Positions 1 to 10,248 of a DNA stretch of 64,000 nucleotides are shown here, in pieces. The position numbers were made by a program, and so were the translations under genes. The notes under the pieces were generated by a model. It was not told where the DNA came from. It made no database searches and saw only the letters and a program-made list of their open reading frames with translations. The first letter of the stretch is position 1; the number at the start of each line of letters is the position of its first letter. Origin of the DNA: Alphaproteobacteria bacterium (GTDB lineage: Bacteria; Pseudomonadota; Alphaproteobacteria; JAAXGF01); assembly GCA_963555825.3 (NCBI GenBank), contig CAUVXB020000002.1, forward strand, positions 448,001 to 512,000. Direction: 5' to 3'.

Positions 1-2
1 GC

Positions 3-263
3 GCCTTCGACCCGTTCGGCTACGCGCCCGATCGGCGCACCGAGCGCCGCCTGATCGTCGAGTATGAGGCGGTCGTCGAGGCGCTGATCGCCGGCCTCGA
101 CCACGACAACCACGCGCTCGCCGTCGAGATCGCGACGATCCCCGAGCACATCCGCGGTTACGGCCACGTCAAGGCGGCGCATCTCGCCACCGCCAAGGCG
201 CGCGAGGCCGACCTGCTGGCCGCCTTCCGCAAGCCCAGCCCCCACGCCGACGCGGCCGAGTAG
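3..263 (+). CDS. C-terminal end of an indolepyruvate ferredoxin oxidoreductase-family protein (partial, starts before the window)
   Basis: Frame 3 reads FDPFGY..RRTERRLI..YE..EIATIPEHIRGYGHVK, the typical C-terminus of this family; TAG at 261-263. Confidence 0.8.
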   Translation, partial: AFDPFGYAPDRRTERRLIVEYEAVVEALIAGLDHDNHALAVEIATIPEHIRGYGHVKAAHLATAKAREADLLAAFRKPSPHADAAE

Positions 264-274
264 CATCGCCCGAT

Positions 275-1006
275 TTGCCCAAGCTCGTCATCTTCGACGT
301 CGACGGCACACTGTTGCACAGCAACGCGGCCGACGAGACGTGCTTCGTCCGCGCCTTCGCCGAGGCGCTCGACATCGCCGCGATCGACACCAACTGGCTG
401 GCCTACAAACACACCACCGATTCAGGCATCACCGAGCAGGTCTTCCGCGAGCGGCTCGGGCGCGGCCCGAGGGCCGATGAGATCGCGCGGCTCCAGGACC
501 GCTTCGGCGCGCTGCTCGGCGCCGAGCTGGCGCGCCGGCCGGATGGCGCCGCGCCGGTCGCCGGCGCCGCCGCGATGCTCGCCGCCCTGCCCGACGGCTG
601 GGCGCCGGCGATCGCGACCGGCGGCTGGCGCGCCACGGCACGGCTCAAGCTGGCGACCGCCGGGCTCGACGTCGCCAATATTCCATCGGCCTTCGCCGAG
701 GACGGGCCTTCGCGCGCGCGCATCGGTTCGACCGCTTGGCGGCGCGCGCGCGAGTACTACGGCGTCGCCGCTTTCGATCGCGTGGTCTGCATCGGCGACG
801 GCGCCTGGGACGCCCACGCGGCCGCCGAACTCGGCCTGCCGCTGGTCGGTGTCGCCAGCGGGTCGGGCGCCAGCACGCTGTACAGCGAGGGCGTCAGCCA
901 TGTGATCGTCGATTTCACCGACGTCGGGGGCTTCGCCGAGGCGCTCGAGCAGGCTACGGTGCCGGTCGCGGGCCGGCGCACCAAGCGGCTGGCTGCAACG
1001 GACTGA
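275..1006 (+). CDS. HAD-family hydrolase
   Basis: N-terminal FDVDGTL motif I and IGDGAWD motif IV. Confidence 0.85.
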   Translation: MPKLVIFDVDGTLLHSNAADETCFVRAFAEALDIAAIDTNWLAYKHTTDSGITEQVFRERLGRGPRADEIARLQDRFGALLGAELARRPDGAAPVAGAAAMLAALPDGWAPAIATGGWRATARLKLATAGLDVANIPSAFAEDGPSRARIGSTAWRRAREYYGVAAFDRVVCIGDGAWDAHAAAELGLPLVGVASGSGASTLYSEGVSHVIVDFTDVGGFAEALEQATVPVAGRRTKRLAATD

Positions 1007-1011
1007 ACCGC

Positions 1012-1743
1012 ATGCAGGACTACGACGACCTCGCCCATGACTACGCCGCGCACCGGCGCGCCGAGCCGATCGTCGTCGCGGCGCTGATCGCGGGCGGCGC
1101 GGTCGGCCGGGCGACGCGGGTGCTCGAGGTCGGCTGCGGCACCGGCAACTACATCGGCGCGATCGCGGCGGAATCCGGATGTTCGATCGCCGGTGTCGAC
1201 GTCTCGACCGAGATGCTGGCCTTCGCGCGCCATCGCTGCATCGGCGTCACGCTGACCGAGTGCCCCGCCGAACGGCTCGCATTACCCGACGGCGCGCATG
1301 ATTTCGTCTATACGGTCGACGCGATCCACCACTTCGCCTCGACCAGCGCGTACTTCCGCGAGGCGGCGCGCGTGCTCGCGCCGGGCGGCCGGATCGCGTC
1401 GGTGACGCACTCGGCCGAGTTGTTGCGGGCGGGCGCCGTGTTGTCGCGCTACTTCCCCGAAACGATCGAAGCCAACATCGCGCGCTATCCGCCGCTCAGC
1501 CAACTCAAGGACGAGATGGCGTGTGCCGGTTTCGCCGAGATCGACGACCAGGTGGTCACGTTCGAGGCCGAGATCACCGACGCCGAGATGTACGCCAGCA
1601 AGGCGAACTCGACGCTGCATCTGATCTCGAAAGAGGCCTTCGAGCGCGGCATGGCGCGGATGAAGCACGATCTCACCAGAGGCCCGATCGCGGGAACGCG
1701 CGCCTATCTCGTCCTCTGGGGCGCCAAGGCACCGGGCCCGTGA
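1012..1743 (+). CDS. Class I SAM-dependent methyltransferase
   Basis: VLEVGCGTG motif and RVLAPGG; ATG at 1012 follows the HAD stop. Confidence 0.85.
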   Translation: MQDYDDLAHDYAAHRRAEPIVVAALIAGGAVGRATRVLEVGCGTGNYIGAIAAESGCSIAGVDVSTEMLAFARHRCIGVTLTECPAERLALPDGAHDFVYTVDAIHHFASTSAYFREAARVLAPGGRIASVTHSAELLRAGAVLSRYFPETIEANIARYPPLSQLKDEMACAGFAEIDDQVVTFEAEITDAEMYASKANSTLHLISKEAFERGMARMKHDLTRGPIAGTRAYLVLWGAKAPGP

Positions 1744-2138
1744 AGCGCTGCGCCTGCGGCGTCCTGGTCCGCGACGGCCGGGTCCTGTTGGGCAAACGCG
1801 CCGCCGGCCGGGCGCTCTATCCCGGCGTCTGGGACGTCTTCGGCGGCCACCAGAAGGCCGGCGAGACAATCGCCGAGACGCTGGTGCGCGAGCTCGCCGA
1901 AGAGCTCGACGTGACGCCGCTCGACTATGTCGAGCTCGCCGTGCTCGACGAGCCGCAGCCGGACGTCTACGGCGCGCGCGCCTATCATTTCTTCGTCGTG
2001 ACCGCGTGGCGCGGCCCGGGCCCGACCATGCTCGGCGACGAGCATACCGAAATCGGCTGGTTCACGGTCGATCAGGCGCTCGCCCTGGACCTCGCGCTCC
2101 CCGCTTACAGGGACCTGCTACAATCGATCGAAAGGTAG
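1740..2138 (+). CDS. NUDIX hydrolase
   Basis: Nudix box GGHQKAGETIAETLVRELAEEL; GTG start overlaps the upstream stop (GTGA). Confidence 0.85.
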   Translation: MKRCACGVLVRDGRVLLGKRAAGRALYPGVWDVFGGHQKAGETIAETLVRELAEELDVTPLDYVELAVLDEPQPDVYGARAYHFFVVTAWRGPGPTMLGDEHTEIGWFTVDQALALDLALPAYRDLLQSIER

Positions 2139-2153
2139 GCTGCTTGTCGCCCC

Positions 2154-4310
2154 GTGAACGGCATGAAGATGCGCGCTGGCCTCATTCGTCTCGTCGTTGC
2201 CGCCGTCCTTGCGGTCGCGTCGCCCTGCGCGCTTGCCGCGCAGGCCGGCGATGGACCCCGGGCGTGGGCGGTCGACCCGGCGACGCCGGGCGACGACCGG
2301 CCGCCGGTCGGCCGGTCCCTGTTCGATGCGCTGGTCACCGAGGTGGTCGACGGGGCGCCCGCCTACCGGGTGCCGTACCCGTTCGCCGCGCTAACCGACG
2401 CGATCGCACGCCACGCGCCGGTCAGGCAGCTCCTCGTCCCGATGGGGCGCGCGTTGCAGCGCCACGCCGCGGCGCCCGATTTCTTCCGTCACCCGCGCAT
2501 CGTCCTCGCCGTCGACAGCGAGGGCGGGAGCACCGGCATGCGGTTCAAGGACCGCCTCTACCTCGGCTATCAGGAGAAGACCGAAAGCATCGAGGTGATC
2601 AGCTACAACGCAGCCGCCGGCCGCTTCGAGTTCCAGATCGTCGAGGACTACGCGGCCGGCAAGACGCCCCGCGTGGTCTACGCCAACCGGACGCTGTGCA
2701 TCGGCTGCCACCAGAACCAGGGGCCGATCTTCTCCGAGCCCTTGTGGGACGAGACCAACGCGAACCCGGGCGTCGCCGAACGCCTCGCCGAGGTGCGAGC
2801 CGACTTCCACGGCGTGCCGGTCGCGCCCGGACCGCGGGCGATGGAGACCGCGCTCGCCGTCAACCGCGCCACCGACCGCGCCAACCTGTTCGCCGCCTAT
2901 CAGCTGCTGTGGCGGGAGAGCTGCGGCGACGGGCCGCCTGGCATTCGCTGCCGCGCCGCGCTCTTCGCCTTCGCGCTGCAATACCGCATGAGCGGCGCGC
3001 GGCACTACGACGCCGGGTCGCCGCGCTTCGCCGACGAGCTCGCGCCGTGGCTGCTGGCGCAGTGGCGGACGCGCTGGCCGGCGGGGCTCGCCATCCCCGA
3101 CCCCGGCATCCCGAACCGCGATCCGATCGCGTTCGGCGACCGCGTCCCCGCCGAGCTCGATCCGCTGACGCCCAGGCCGCCGCTCGAGGTTTGGCCGCTT
3201 TCGGAGACCAGCGACATCGGCCGGCTGATCGCGGGCCTCGCGGAATTCCTCGCCCCCGCCGACGTCGCGCGGCTCGATGAATTCCTGTTCGAGCAAGGGC
3301 GGAATATGAACGGCCCGCGACGGAACTTAAGCGCATCCTGCGCGATGACCGGCTACGACCTCGCCGGCTGGGCGTATCGCGTGCGCTTCCAATGCGGCGG
3401 ATCGGAGCCCGACGAATTTTCCGTGGACGGGCAATTCTACATCAAGGAGGGCGAGCCGCTCCGGGGCAAGGTCAACCGCCTGTGGATCGAAGGCGCCGAG
3501 ACGTTCGACGAGATCGACCTCGCGGGCGGCGGGATCGCGCAACATGACGGCCAATTCACCGCCGCGTTGCGGCTCAGGCAAAGTTTCGGCGGCCGCCACC
3601 CCCGACGAGCGGACGGCGCCGCCCTCGAGAGCCTGACGCTCAGCTGGCGCGCGCTCGGCGAGGAGCTCACCGACCCCTCGGCTGAGACGTCGCGCCAGGC
3701 CGATACCGGCGACGCATCGCTCGCGGTGATCGACGATTTCGCGCCGGTCCACGACGCGATCGCCGCGATGGCGAACGACAGCGCGGCAGGCCGGCTCGAC
3801 GTCTTCGCCGCCAAGCCGTTCCGCCGCGCGGACCTGATGCGCGCGCTGTTCGCCGAATTGGCAATCGCGCCGTTCGCGTCGTGCTGCGAGGCTGACGGTG
3901 GCCTGCCGCCGATCGCTTTGCCGCGAGACCGGGCGACCACCGAATCCGGCTCGGGGGTGCTGTCGACGTTCTTCCGTTATTGTGCACGCTGCCACGGCTC
4001 GGCCGACCGCTTCCCGCCGAACTTCCTGCACGGCGATGCCCAGCGGGTTTCGGCCAATCTGACCCATTGCGCGCCGCGGCTCTACTACCGCCTGCGCATG
4101 TGGCGGGCGCAACCCGGGAACCGGGCCAAGACGCCGATGCCGCCCGTCGGCTTCCTACAGGAGCTGAATATCTCCGCCATGCGCTGGCGCGACGGCCCCG
4201 AGCTCGCGAGCCTCGATCGAAATGTCGAAGCCATGCTGGGGATCGAGGCCGAGAGCGTTGTGAGCGGCGACTACGAAGACCTGCGCGGGTGCCTACCCGA
4301 CGCCGAGTGA
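2154..4310 (+). CDS. Secreted hypothetical protein with two c-type heme motifs
   Basis: Signal-peptide-like N-terminus; CIGCH and CARCH motifs; 718 aa. Confidence 0.7.
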   Translation: MNGMKMRAGLIRLVVAAVLAVASPCALAAQAGDGPRAWAVDPATPGDDRPPVGRSLFDALVTEVVDGAPAYRVPYPFAALTDAIARHAPVRQLLVPMGRALQRHAAAPDFFRHPRIVLAVDSEGGSTGMRFKDRLYLGYQEKTESIEVISYNAAAGRFEFQIVEDYAAGKTPRVVYANRTLCIGCHQNQGPIFSEPLWDETNANPGVAERLAEVRADFHGVPVAPGPRAMETALAVNRATDRANLFAAYQLLWRESCGDGPPGIRCRAALFAFALQYRMSGARHYDAGSPRFADELAPWLLAQWRTRWPAGLAIPDPGIPNRDPIAFGDRVPAELDPLTPRPPLEVWPLSETSDIGRLIAGLAEFLAPADVARLDEFLFEQGRNMNGPRRNLSASCAMTGYDLAGWAYRVRFQCGGSEPDEFSVDGQFYIKEGEPLRGKVNRLWIEGAETFDEIDLAGGGIAQHDGQFTAALRLRQSFGGRHPRRADGAALESLTLSWRALGEELTDPSAETSRQADTGDASLAVIDDFAPVHDAIAAMANDSAAGRLDVFAAKPFRRADLMRALFAELAIAPFASCCEADGGLPPIALPRDRATTESGSGVLSTFFRYCARCHGSADRFPPNFLHGDAQRVSANLTHCAPRLYYRLRMWRAQPGNRAKTPMPPVGFLQELNISAMRWRDGPELASLDRNVEAMLGIEAESVVSGDYEDLRGCLPDAE

Positions 4311-4340
4311 GGCCGCCGGCTCAGCCAGCACAACCCGCCA

Positions 4341-4406
4341 TAAACGTAAGCAGTATACATATATACGAGTAGCGAGCCGCCGTTAAATGTATACTGCTTA
4401 CGTTTA
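4341..4406. repeat. AT-rich perfect 20-bp inverted repeat with a 26-bp spacer
   Basis: TAAACGTAAGCAGTATACAT (4341-4360) and ATGTATACTGCTTACGTTTA (4387-4406), between convergent genes. Confidence 0.9.
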
Positions 4407-4424
4407 ATGAGGGGCGCCGCCAAC

Positions 4425-6041
4425 TCAGCCGGCGCGGATCATGTCGGCGGCCTTCTCGCCGATCATCATGGCCGGTGCGTTGGTATTGCCCGAGACCAGC
4501 CGCGGCATGATCGAGCAGTCGACCACGCGCAGCCCCTCGACGCCGTGGACGCGCAGCTCGGCGTCGACAACGGCGGCCGGGTCGCCGCCCATCTTGCAGG
4601 TGCCGACCGGATGGAAGATGGTCGAGCCGGTCTCGCGCACATAGGCCAGCAAATCGTCGTCGCCGACCACATCCGGGCCGGGCTTCAGCTCCTCGGCGAT
4701 ATGCGGTCTTAGCGCCGGTTGGCGGGCGATCTCGCGCGCCAGCTTCATGCCCGCCACCATGGTATCGCAGTCGAGCTGGGCCGACAGATAATTGGGCTGG
4801 ATCGCCGGCGGCGCCGTCGGGTCGGGCGAGGCGATCGTCACCGTGCCCCGGCTCTCGGGGCGGAGCTGGCACACCGATGCGGTGATGCCGGGAAAATTGT
4901 GCATCCCCGGATCGCCCGACTGCATGCCCGAGACCGGCCGGTCCGAGCTGAACGGCAGCAGGTGGAACTGGACGTCGGGGGTCTCGAGTTCGGGCCGGGT
5001 GCGCGCGAAGACGCCGACCTGGCCGGCGCAGATCGTCATCGGCCCGGTGCGGAACAGCGCATAGCGAAGCGCGATGCGCAGCTTGCCCCAGACCGACCCG
5101 AGCTCGTCGTTGATCGTGCACGGCTTGAGGCAGCGGTAAACGTTCTTGGCCTGCAGGTGGTCCTGCAGGTTGGCGCCGACGCCGTCGAGCGCGTGCACCA
5201 CATCGATGCCGTGTTCGCCGAGCAGCGCGCCCGGTCCGATGCCCGAGAGCTGCAGGAGCTGCGGCGAGTTGATCGAGCCGCCCGAGAGGATCACCTCGCG
5301 CCGGGCATGCGCGGAACGCGGCGCGCCGTCTTGGCTGTATTCGACGCCGACCGCGCGCCGGCCCTCGAAACGCACCCGGCTGGCCAGCGCATGGATGTCG
5401 ATGCGCAGGTTGGGCCGCTTGCGCGCCGGCTTGAGATAGCCGACCGCGGCGCTGCAGCGTCGGCCATTGCGGCTGGTCAGCTGGTACGGGCCGGCGCCTT
5501 CCTGGGTCGGTCCGTTGAAGTCGTCGTTGCGCGGCAGCCCGGCCTCGACGGCGGCCTCGATATAGGCGTCGCAGACCTCGCGGTCGTCGGTCAGGTTGGC
5601 GACGCCGAGCGGCCCGCCGACGCCGTGCAGCGAGTCGGCGCCGCGCTCCTGGTCCTCGGACTTCTTGAAGTAGGGCAGCACGTCGTCCCATGCCCAGCCG
5701 ACATTGCCGAGCTGGCGCCAATGGTCGTAGTCCCGGTGCTGGCCGCGGATGTAGATCAGGCCGTTGATCGATGACGAGCCGCCGAGCACCTTGCCGCGCG
5801 GCCAGATGTGGGTACGGCCGTTGACGCCGGGGTCGGGCTCAGTCGCGTAGTTCCAGCTCAGCTCGGGGTCGAACATGGTGCGGAAATAACCGACCGGAAT
5901 GTGGATCCACGGGTTGCGGTCCTTGCCGCCGGCCTCGAGCAGCAGCACCTTGTTGTTGGGATCCTCGGTGAGCCGGCTGGCGACAGCGCAGCCGGCCGAG
6001 CCGGCGCCGACGACGATGTAATCGAATTCCTGATCGCTCAT
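4425..6041 (-). CDS. GMC oxidoreductase (choline dehydrogenase-like)
   Basis: DYIVVGAGSAG, PRGKVLGGSSSING, FHPVGTCKMG and GNTNAP motifs. Confidence 0.9.
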   Translation of the reverse strand: MSDQEFDYIVVGAGSAGCAVASRLTEDPNNKVLLLEAGGKDRNPWIHIPVGYFRTMFDPELSWNYATEPDPGVNGRTHIWPRGKVLGGSSSINGLIYIRGQHRDYDHWRQLGNVGWAWDDVLPYFKKSEDQERGADSLHGVGGPLGVANLTDDREVCDAYIEAAVEAGLPRNDDFNGPTQEGAGPYQLTSRNGRRCSAAVGYLKPARKRPNLRIDIHALASRVRFEGRRAVGVEYSQDGAPRSAHARREVILSGGSINSPQLLQLSGIGPGALLGEHGIDVVHALDGVGANLQDHLQAKNVYRCLKPCTINDELGSVWGKLRIALRYALFRTGPMTICAGQVGVFARTRPELETPDVQFHLLPFSSDRPVSGMQSGDPGMHNFPGITASVCQLRPESRGTVTIASPDPTAPPAIQPNYLSAQLDCDTMVAGMKLAREIARQPALRPHIAEELKPGPDVVGDDDLLAYVRETGSTIFHPVGTCKMGGDPAAVVDAELRVHGVEGLRVVDCSIMPRLVSGNTNAPAMMIGEKAADMIRAG

Positions 6042-6348
6042 GATGCGATGATGCGGCGAAGTGCCGGCCGTGGCTACCCGAATCCGCGTCTCAGGCGATG
6101 CCGCCGACGTCCGTCATGGCCCCATCCACGCCGCCTGCCCCGGAAAACCGATGCCCGGCCATGGCGGGGCCAGGCGCGCGCCTTGCACAGCGGCGGCGCC
6201 GGTGGGACGCAAGCGGGGCCGTCGCCTGGCGACGTTCCGGTTTGAGATGTGATGCACCGAACGCGCAACGCGGACTCGAATGTCGACTTTCGGAGTACCA
6301 ACGGACGCTCAGGCCTACCCCTTGGAATGTCCGGGTATAGCTGCCGCC

Positions 6349-7536
6349 TCAACCGGTCGATGCAACACAAGCGTTGAATCTCTCTGCCGGTGTTTCAAAC
6401 CCCAAGGTTTTGCGTGGCCGTTCGTTGAGCTGACGCGCCACTTTGTTCAGATGAGCCTGCGAGTATACCGACACGTCGGTGCCTTTGGGGAAGTACTGTC
6501 TGAGCAGGCCATTAGTGTTCTCATTGGAACCCCGTTGCCACGGGCTTTGCGGATCACAGAAGTAGACATCGATGTCGGTCGCCAAGCTGAACCGGCGATG
6601 GTCCGCGAGTTCCTTGCCCCGGTCCCAGGTCAGGGACTTGTAGAGCTCGGTCGGCAGCTTCCTCGCCTGCCTGATGAGCGCGGATACCACTGTCAGGGTT
6701 TCCTTGTTGGCAACCTTTACCAACATCACGTAACGCGTTTGACGTTCGACCAGGGTCGCGATGTAGCTGTTCTTCGATCCCGACAACAGATCACCTTCCC
6801 AGTGACCCGGCACCGCCCGATCTTCGACCGAGGCCGGGCGCTCACGGATCGACACCATGTCCGTGATTTGACCCCGGCCAACGGCTTTCCGGCGCGCCTC
6901 TTTCGAGCGTCGGATCGTGCGCTTCGATCGAAGATGCTGAAGCAGCTCCTTCTTAAGCACACCGCGGGCTTGAACAAACAAACTGCGATAGATCGTCTCG
7001 TGAGACACCTGATAAGACCCAGCTCCTGGATGCGCTCGCTTGAGCCATCCGGCGATCTGCTCCGGTGACCAGTTCAACCCGAGCTTCATCGCCACCACCC
7101 GCCGCATCCCCGAACTCAGTGCCAGCTTACATCGCTTCGGGCGTCGCGCTCGAGCCCAGGCCATGTCATCGGCAAGCGCGGCACGATACTGATCATAACC
7201 GCCATTGCGGCGAACTTCCCGGCTCACCGTCGAGGGCGACCGGCTCAGCAACAACGCCATCGATCGGATCGAGTGCCGGGCCACGATCCCCCGTGAGATC
7301 TCCTCGCGTTCCCATAGGCTCAACGCCAGCCGCGAGCGCCGTCGTGGCGAAGGCCGGATCCCGCCGTGCGGCGATAGTTGGAAATAAATCGACGACGACG
7401 GCTTACCAAACACCCGACCAATCGCCTTCAACGACTCCCCGCGTTGCCAGCGGTCCCAAAGCTCCGTCTTCTCTGCCGAACTGAACCCTCGACCATTTCT
7501 TCGCGTCATCTGCATACACTCCATCTCTTCGTTCAA
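6349..7536 (-). CDS. IS30-family transposase
   Basis: WSPEQIAG, SHETIY, GHWEGD and SPWQRGSNENTNGLLRQYFPKG motifs. Confidence 0.95.
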   Translation of the reverse strand: MNEEMECMQMTRRNGRGFSSAEKTELWDRWQRGESLKAIGRVFGKPSSSIYFQLSPHGGIRPSPRRRSRLALSLWEREEISRGIVARHSIRSMALLLSRSPSTVSREVRRNGGYDQYRAALADDMAWARARRPKRCKLALSSGMRRVVAMKLGLNWSPEQIAGWLKRAHPGAGSYQVSHETIYRSLFVQARGVLKKELLQHLRSKRTIRRSKEARRKAVGRGQITDMVSIRERPASVEDRAVPGHWEGDLLSGSKNSYIATLVERQTRYVMLVKVANKETLTVVSALIRQARKLPTELYKSLTWDRGKELADHRRFSLATDIDVYFCDPQSPWQRGSNENTNGLLRQYFPKGTDVSVYSQAHLNKVARQLNERPRKTLGFETPAERFNACVASTG

Positions 7537-7761
7537 GATAAAGTGTTGCGTCGACCCATTGATACCAGTGAGCCTATGAAATCACCTTCATGATCCATGG
7601 ATAGGCGCAGAGGGTTCGCATACGATCCGGTTCTGCGATGAGGTCGATCCATGCTTGGCAACAGGCGTCGATGATGGCCTCGGTGTCGTCGAGGACGCGG
7701 AGCGATAGGAAGCGTTCGCGTAGGTAGAGCCAAACCCGCTCGACGGGGTTGAGTTCGGGAC

Positions 7762-9136
7762 GAGCTATAACCGAATCTTGTGTACGGCGTTGAAATGAAG
7801 GCGGCGTATCCTGGTGATTGTTGATGTCACCACTTGAGCTAAGCCAAGGAAGGATACGCCATGAAAGAGAATACCGTTGTTGCTTTTCAAAACCCATCTG
7901 ATTTTCAGAAAGATCCGTTGACGGAAGTCCTACAAGCTGGAGCTCGCGAGTTGTTGGCCCAAGCCGTTGAGGCCGAGGTCTCCGTGTTTTTGGGTAGCCA
8001 TGCGGCGCTTGTTGACGCCGCCGGCCGCCGCCGGGTTGTCCGCAATGGATATCTGCCGGAACGCTTCATCCAGACCGGGATCGGCCCGGTGAGCGTGCGC
8101 CAACCCCGTGTGCGGGACCGGGGGGACGGCGCCATCCGCTTCACGTCGGCGATCCTGCCGCGCTATCTGCGCCGCGCCAAGAGCCTGGAAGACCTTTTGC
8201 CATGGCTGTATCTGAAGGGCATTTCCACCGGCGACTTCGGGGAAGCCTTGGCGGCGCTCCTGGGGAGCTCCGCGCCGGGGCTTTCGGCCTCCACGATCAC
8301 CCGGCTGAAAGAGGTCTGGGGGGTTGAGGCGGAGCGCTGGCAACGGCGCGACCTCACGGCCAAGCGCTACGTCTATTTCTGGGTGGACGGCATCTATTTC
8401 AGCGCCCGCATGGAGGAAGAGAAGCAGTGCATCCTGGTGATCGTCGGGGCCACGGACAAGGGACAGAAGGAACTGATCGCCATCGCCGACGGCTATCGCG
8501 AAAGTGAGCAGTCCTGGCTCGAAGTTCTGCTCGATCTCAAGCGGCGCGGCCTTGAAATGGGTCCGCAACTGGCGCTCGGCGACGGCGCGCTCGGCTTCTG
8601 GAAGGCGCTCCGCCAAGTCTACCCAGGCGCCCGCGAGCAACGCTGCTGGGTTCACAAGACGGGCAACGTCTTGAACAAGCTGCCCAAGGGTCTGCAAAAG
8701 AAAGCCAAGGGGCGCCTGCAAGACATCTGGATGGCCGAAACCAGGAAGGATGCCGAGAGCGCCTTCGACTTCTTCCTGGAAGCCTACGGGCCGAAGTACG
8801 ACAAGGCCGCGGCCTGCCTGGCCAAGGACCGCGACGTCCTGCTGACGTTCTACGACTTCCCCGCCGAGCACTGGAAGCATGTACGCACGACCAACCCCAT
8901 CGAGAGCACGTTCGCCACGGTTCGTCTGCGCACCTACCGGACCAAGGGCTGCCTGTCGCGCAAGACGGCGATGGCCATGGTCTTCAAACTATGCCAGTGC
9001 GCTCAGAGAAAATGGAGAAAACTCGATGGATCGAACCATCTCGCCGAGATCATTCGCGGCGTCAAATTCGTAGATGGAGAACGCCAGGATCGCGCCGCCG
9101 CATGATCAGCCCATACACAACTTTTGACAATAGCTC
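7762..9136 (+). mobile_element. IS256-family element
   Basis: IRs GAGCTATAACCGAATCTTGTGTA / TACACAACTTTTGACAATAGCTC; 8-bp target duplication TTCGGGAC at 7754-7761 and 9137-9144. Confidence 0.95.
7861..9105 (+). CDS. IS256-family transposase
   Basis: RNGY, YLKGISTGDF, WVDGI, GDGALGFW, QRCWVHK and RTTNPIES motifs. Confidence 0.95.
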   Translation: MKENTVVAFQNPSDFQKDPLTEVLQAGARELLAQAVEAEVSVFLGSHAALVDAAGRRRVVRNGYLPERFIQTGIGPVSVRQPRVRDRGDGAIRFTSAILPRYLRRAKSLEDLLPWLYLKGISTGDFGEALAALLGSSAPGLSASTITRLKEVWGVEAERWQRRDLTAKRYVYFWVDGIYFSARMEEEKQCILVIVGATDKGQKELIAIADGYRESEQSWLEVLLDLKRRGLEMGPQLALGDGALGFWKALRQVYPGAREQRCWVHKTGNVLNKLPKGLQKKAKGRLQDIWMAETRKDAESAFDFFLEAYGPKYDKAAACLAKDRDVLLTFYDFPAEHWKHVRTTNPIESTFATVRLRTYRTKGCLSRKTAMAMVFKLCQCAQRKWRKLDGSNHLAEIIRGVKFVDGERQDRAAA

Positions 9137-10248
9137 TTCGGGACTGTAAGGCGGCAACAGCGCCAAGGTGACGTTGTCGGGGACGGTGAGGGCGCGCTCG
9201 TCGTGCCAACCGGCGCCGTCGCACATCATGACGGCGTGCGCATCCTGGTCCAGGGTATCGGCGAAGTGTGCGAGAAACAGGTCCATGACCTTGGCGTTGA
9301 CGCTCGGCATCACCAGGGTGACGTCGTCGCCGGTGTCCGGGCGCACGGCGGAGAAGATGTAGGCCCACTGGTAGCCGATTTGACGCGTCCCGGGGGCACG
9401 CTCGCCCCTGCGCCACCACCGGTGACACACCCGGCCCTTGTTGCCGACGCGCGCTTCATCCTGAAACCACAGCTGTAGGCGCTTGTCGGGATGCGCCGCG
9501 GCGGTCGCCTTCAGGATGTCGCGAAGCCCCCTTTTTTGAAGCGCTCCTGCGCTTCGGCGTCCCTTCGCGGGTGGCTCGGGCGCGCCTTCTGGCGGGAAAA
9601 TCCCATCCGCCGTAGAACCCGGGTCATGCTCGAGGGGTGGTAGGTCTTGGCGAAGCGCTCCTCCAGCCAGCGGCACAGATCGGCCCGGGTCCAGGCGCAA
9701 ACCCCGTCGCGCTCAGGCTCCGGCCCGGCGATGATGACCGCCGCCAGCGCCGCTTCCTCGTCTGCCGTCAGCCGCCGCGGCGAGTAGCCCTTTGGACGGT
9801 CGTGAAGCCCCTCCAATCCCTTTGCATTGTAACGAACAACCGCGTCGCGAAGCGTTTGGCGATCCATCCCCGCAAGCCGCGCGGCATCAGCCCGGGGCAT
9901 CTCCTCCAAAGCATTCGCGATCCCATAGGCCCGCGCCGCCGCTCGACCGTACGATTCCACGCGAGCCCAGCGCCGAAGCTCCAAAGGCGTCAAATCATCC
10001 CGTATCTTGAGTGCTGATCCCATGACATCCCCCACATCTGGTGGGAGACCATAGAATCACAATCCGCCATCATCCGCCATCAATGAATATCCCGAGAGTC
10101 AATTCAGGCGCTCACTGGTATGAGACCGCCGCCGAGAACGGACATCCGGACGCGAATCGCGGCGTGTCCTCGGACAGCGCTAATGGACTCGCCCTCTGAG
10201 TTTCCATCGACTGTCTTCACCAATTCATTCGAGTCGGGGGGCGCTCCC

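Larger units (their letters stand above)
7574..10035 (-). pseudogene. IS630 transposase: HTH ORF (9511-10035), A6G slippery site near 9530, DDE ORF (WFQDEAR..DGAGWH..PYSPE|LNPVE) split by IS256
   Basis: C-terminal LNPVERVW..MKVIS lies left of IS256; TTCAAAAAAGGGGG on the minus strand. Confidence 0.85.
7563..10120 (-). mobile_element. IS630-family element (two-ORF type) disrupted by IS256
   Basis: Terminal IRs TACCAGTGAGC / GCTCACTGGTA, flanked by TGA on both sides. Confidence 0.85.
6340..10131 (-). mobile_element. IS30-family element with an IS630 inserted in one terminal inverted repeat
   Basis: IR GCTGCCGCCTCAACCGGTCGATGCAACAC at 6340; partner GTGTTGCGTCGACCCATTGA|GACCGCCGC is split between ~7543-7562 and ~10124-10131. 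Confidence 0.8.
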
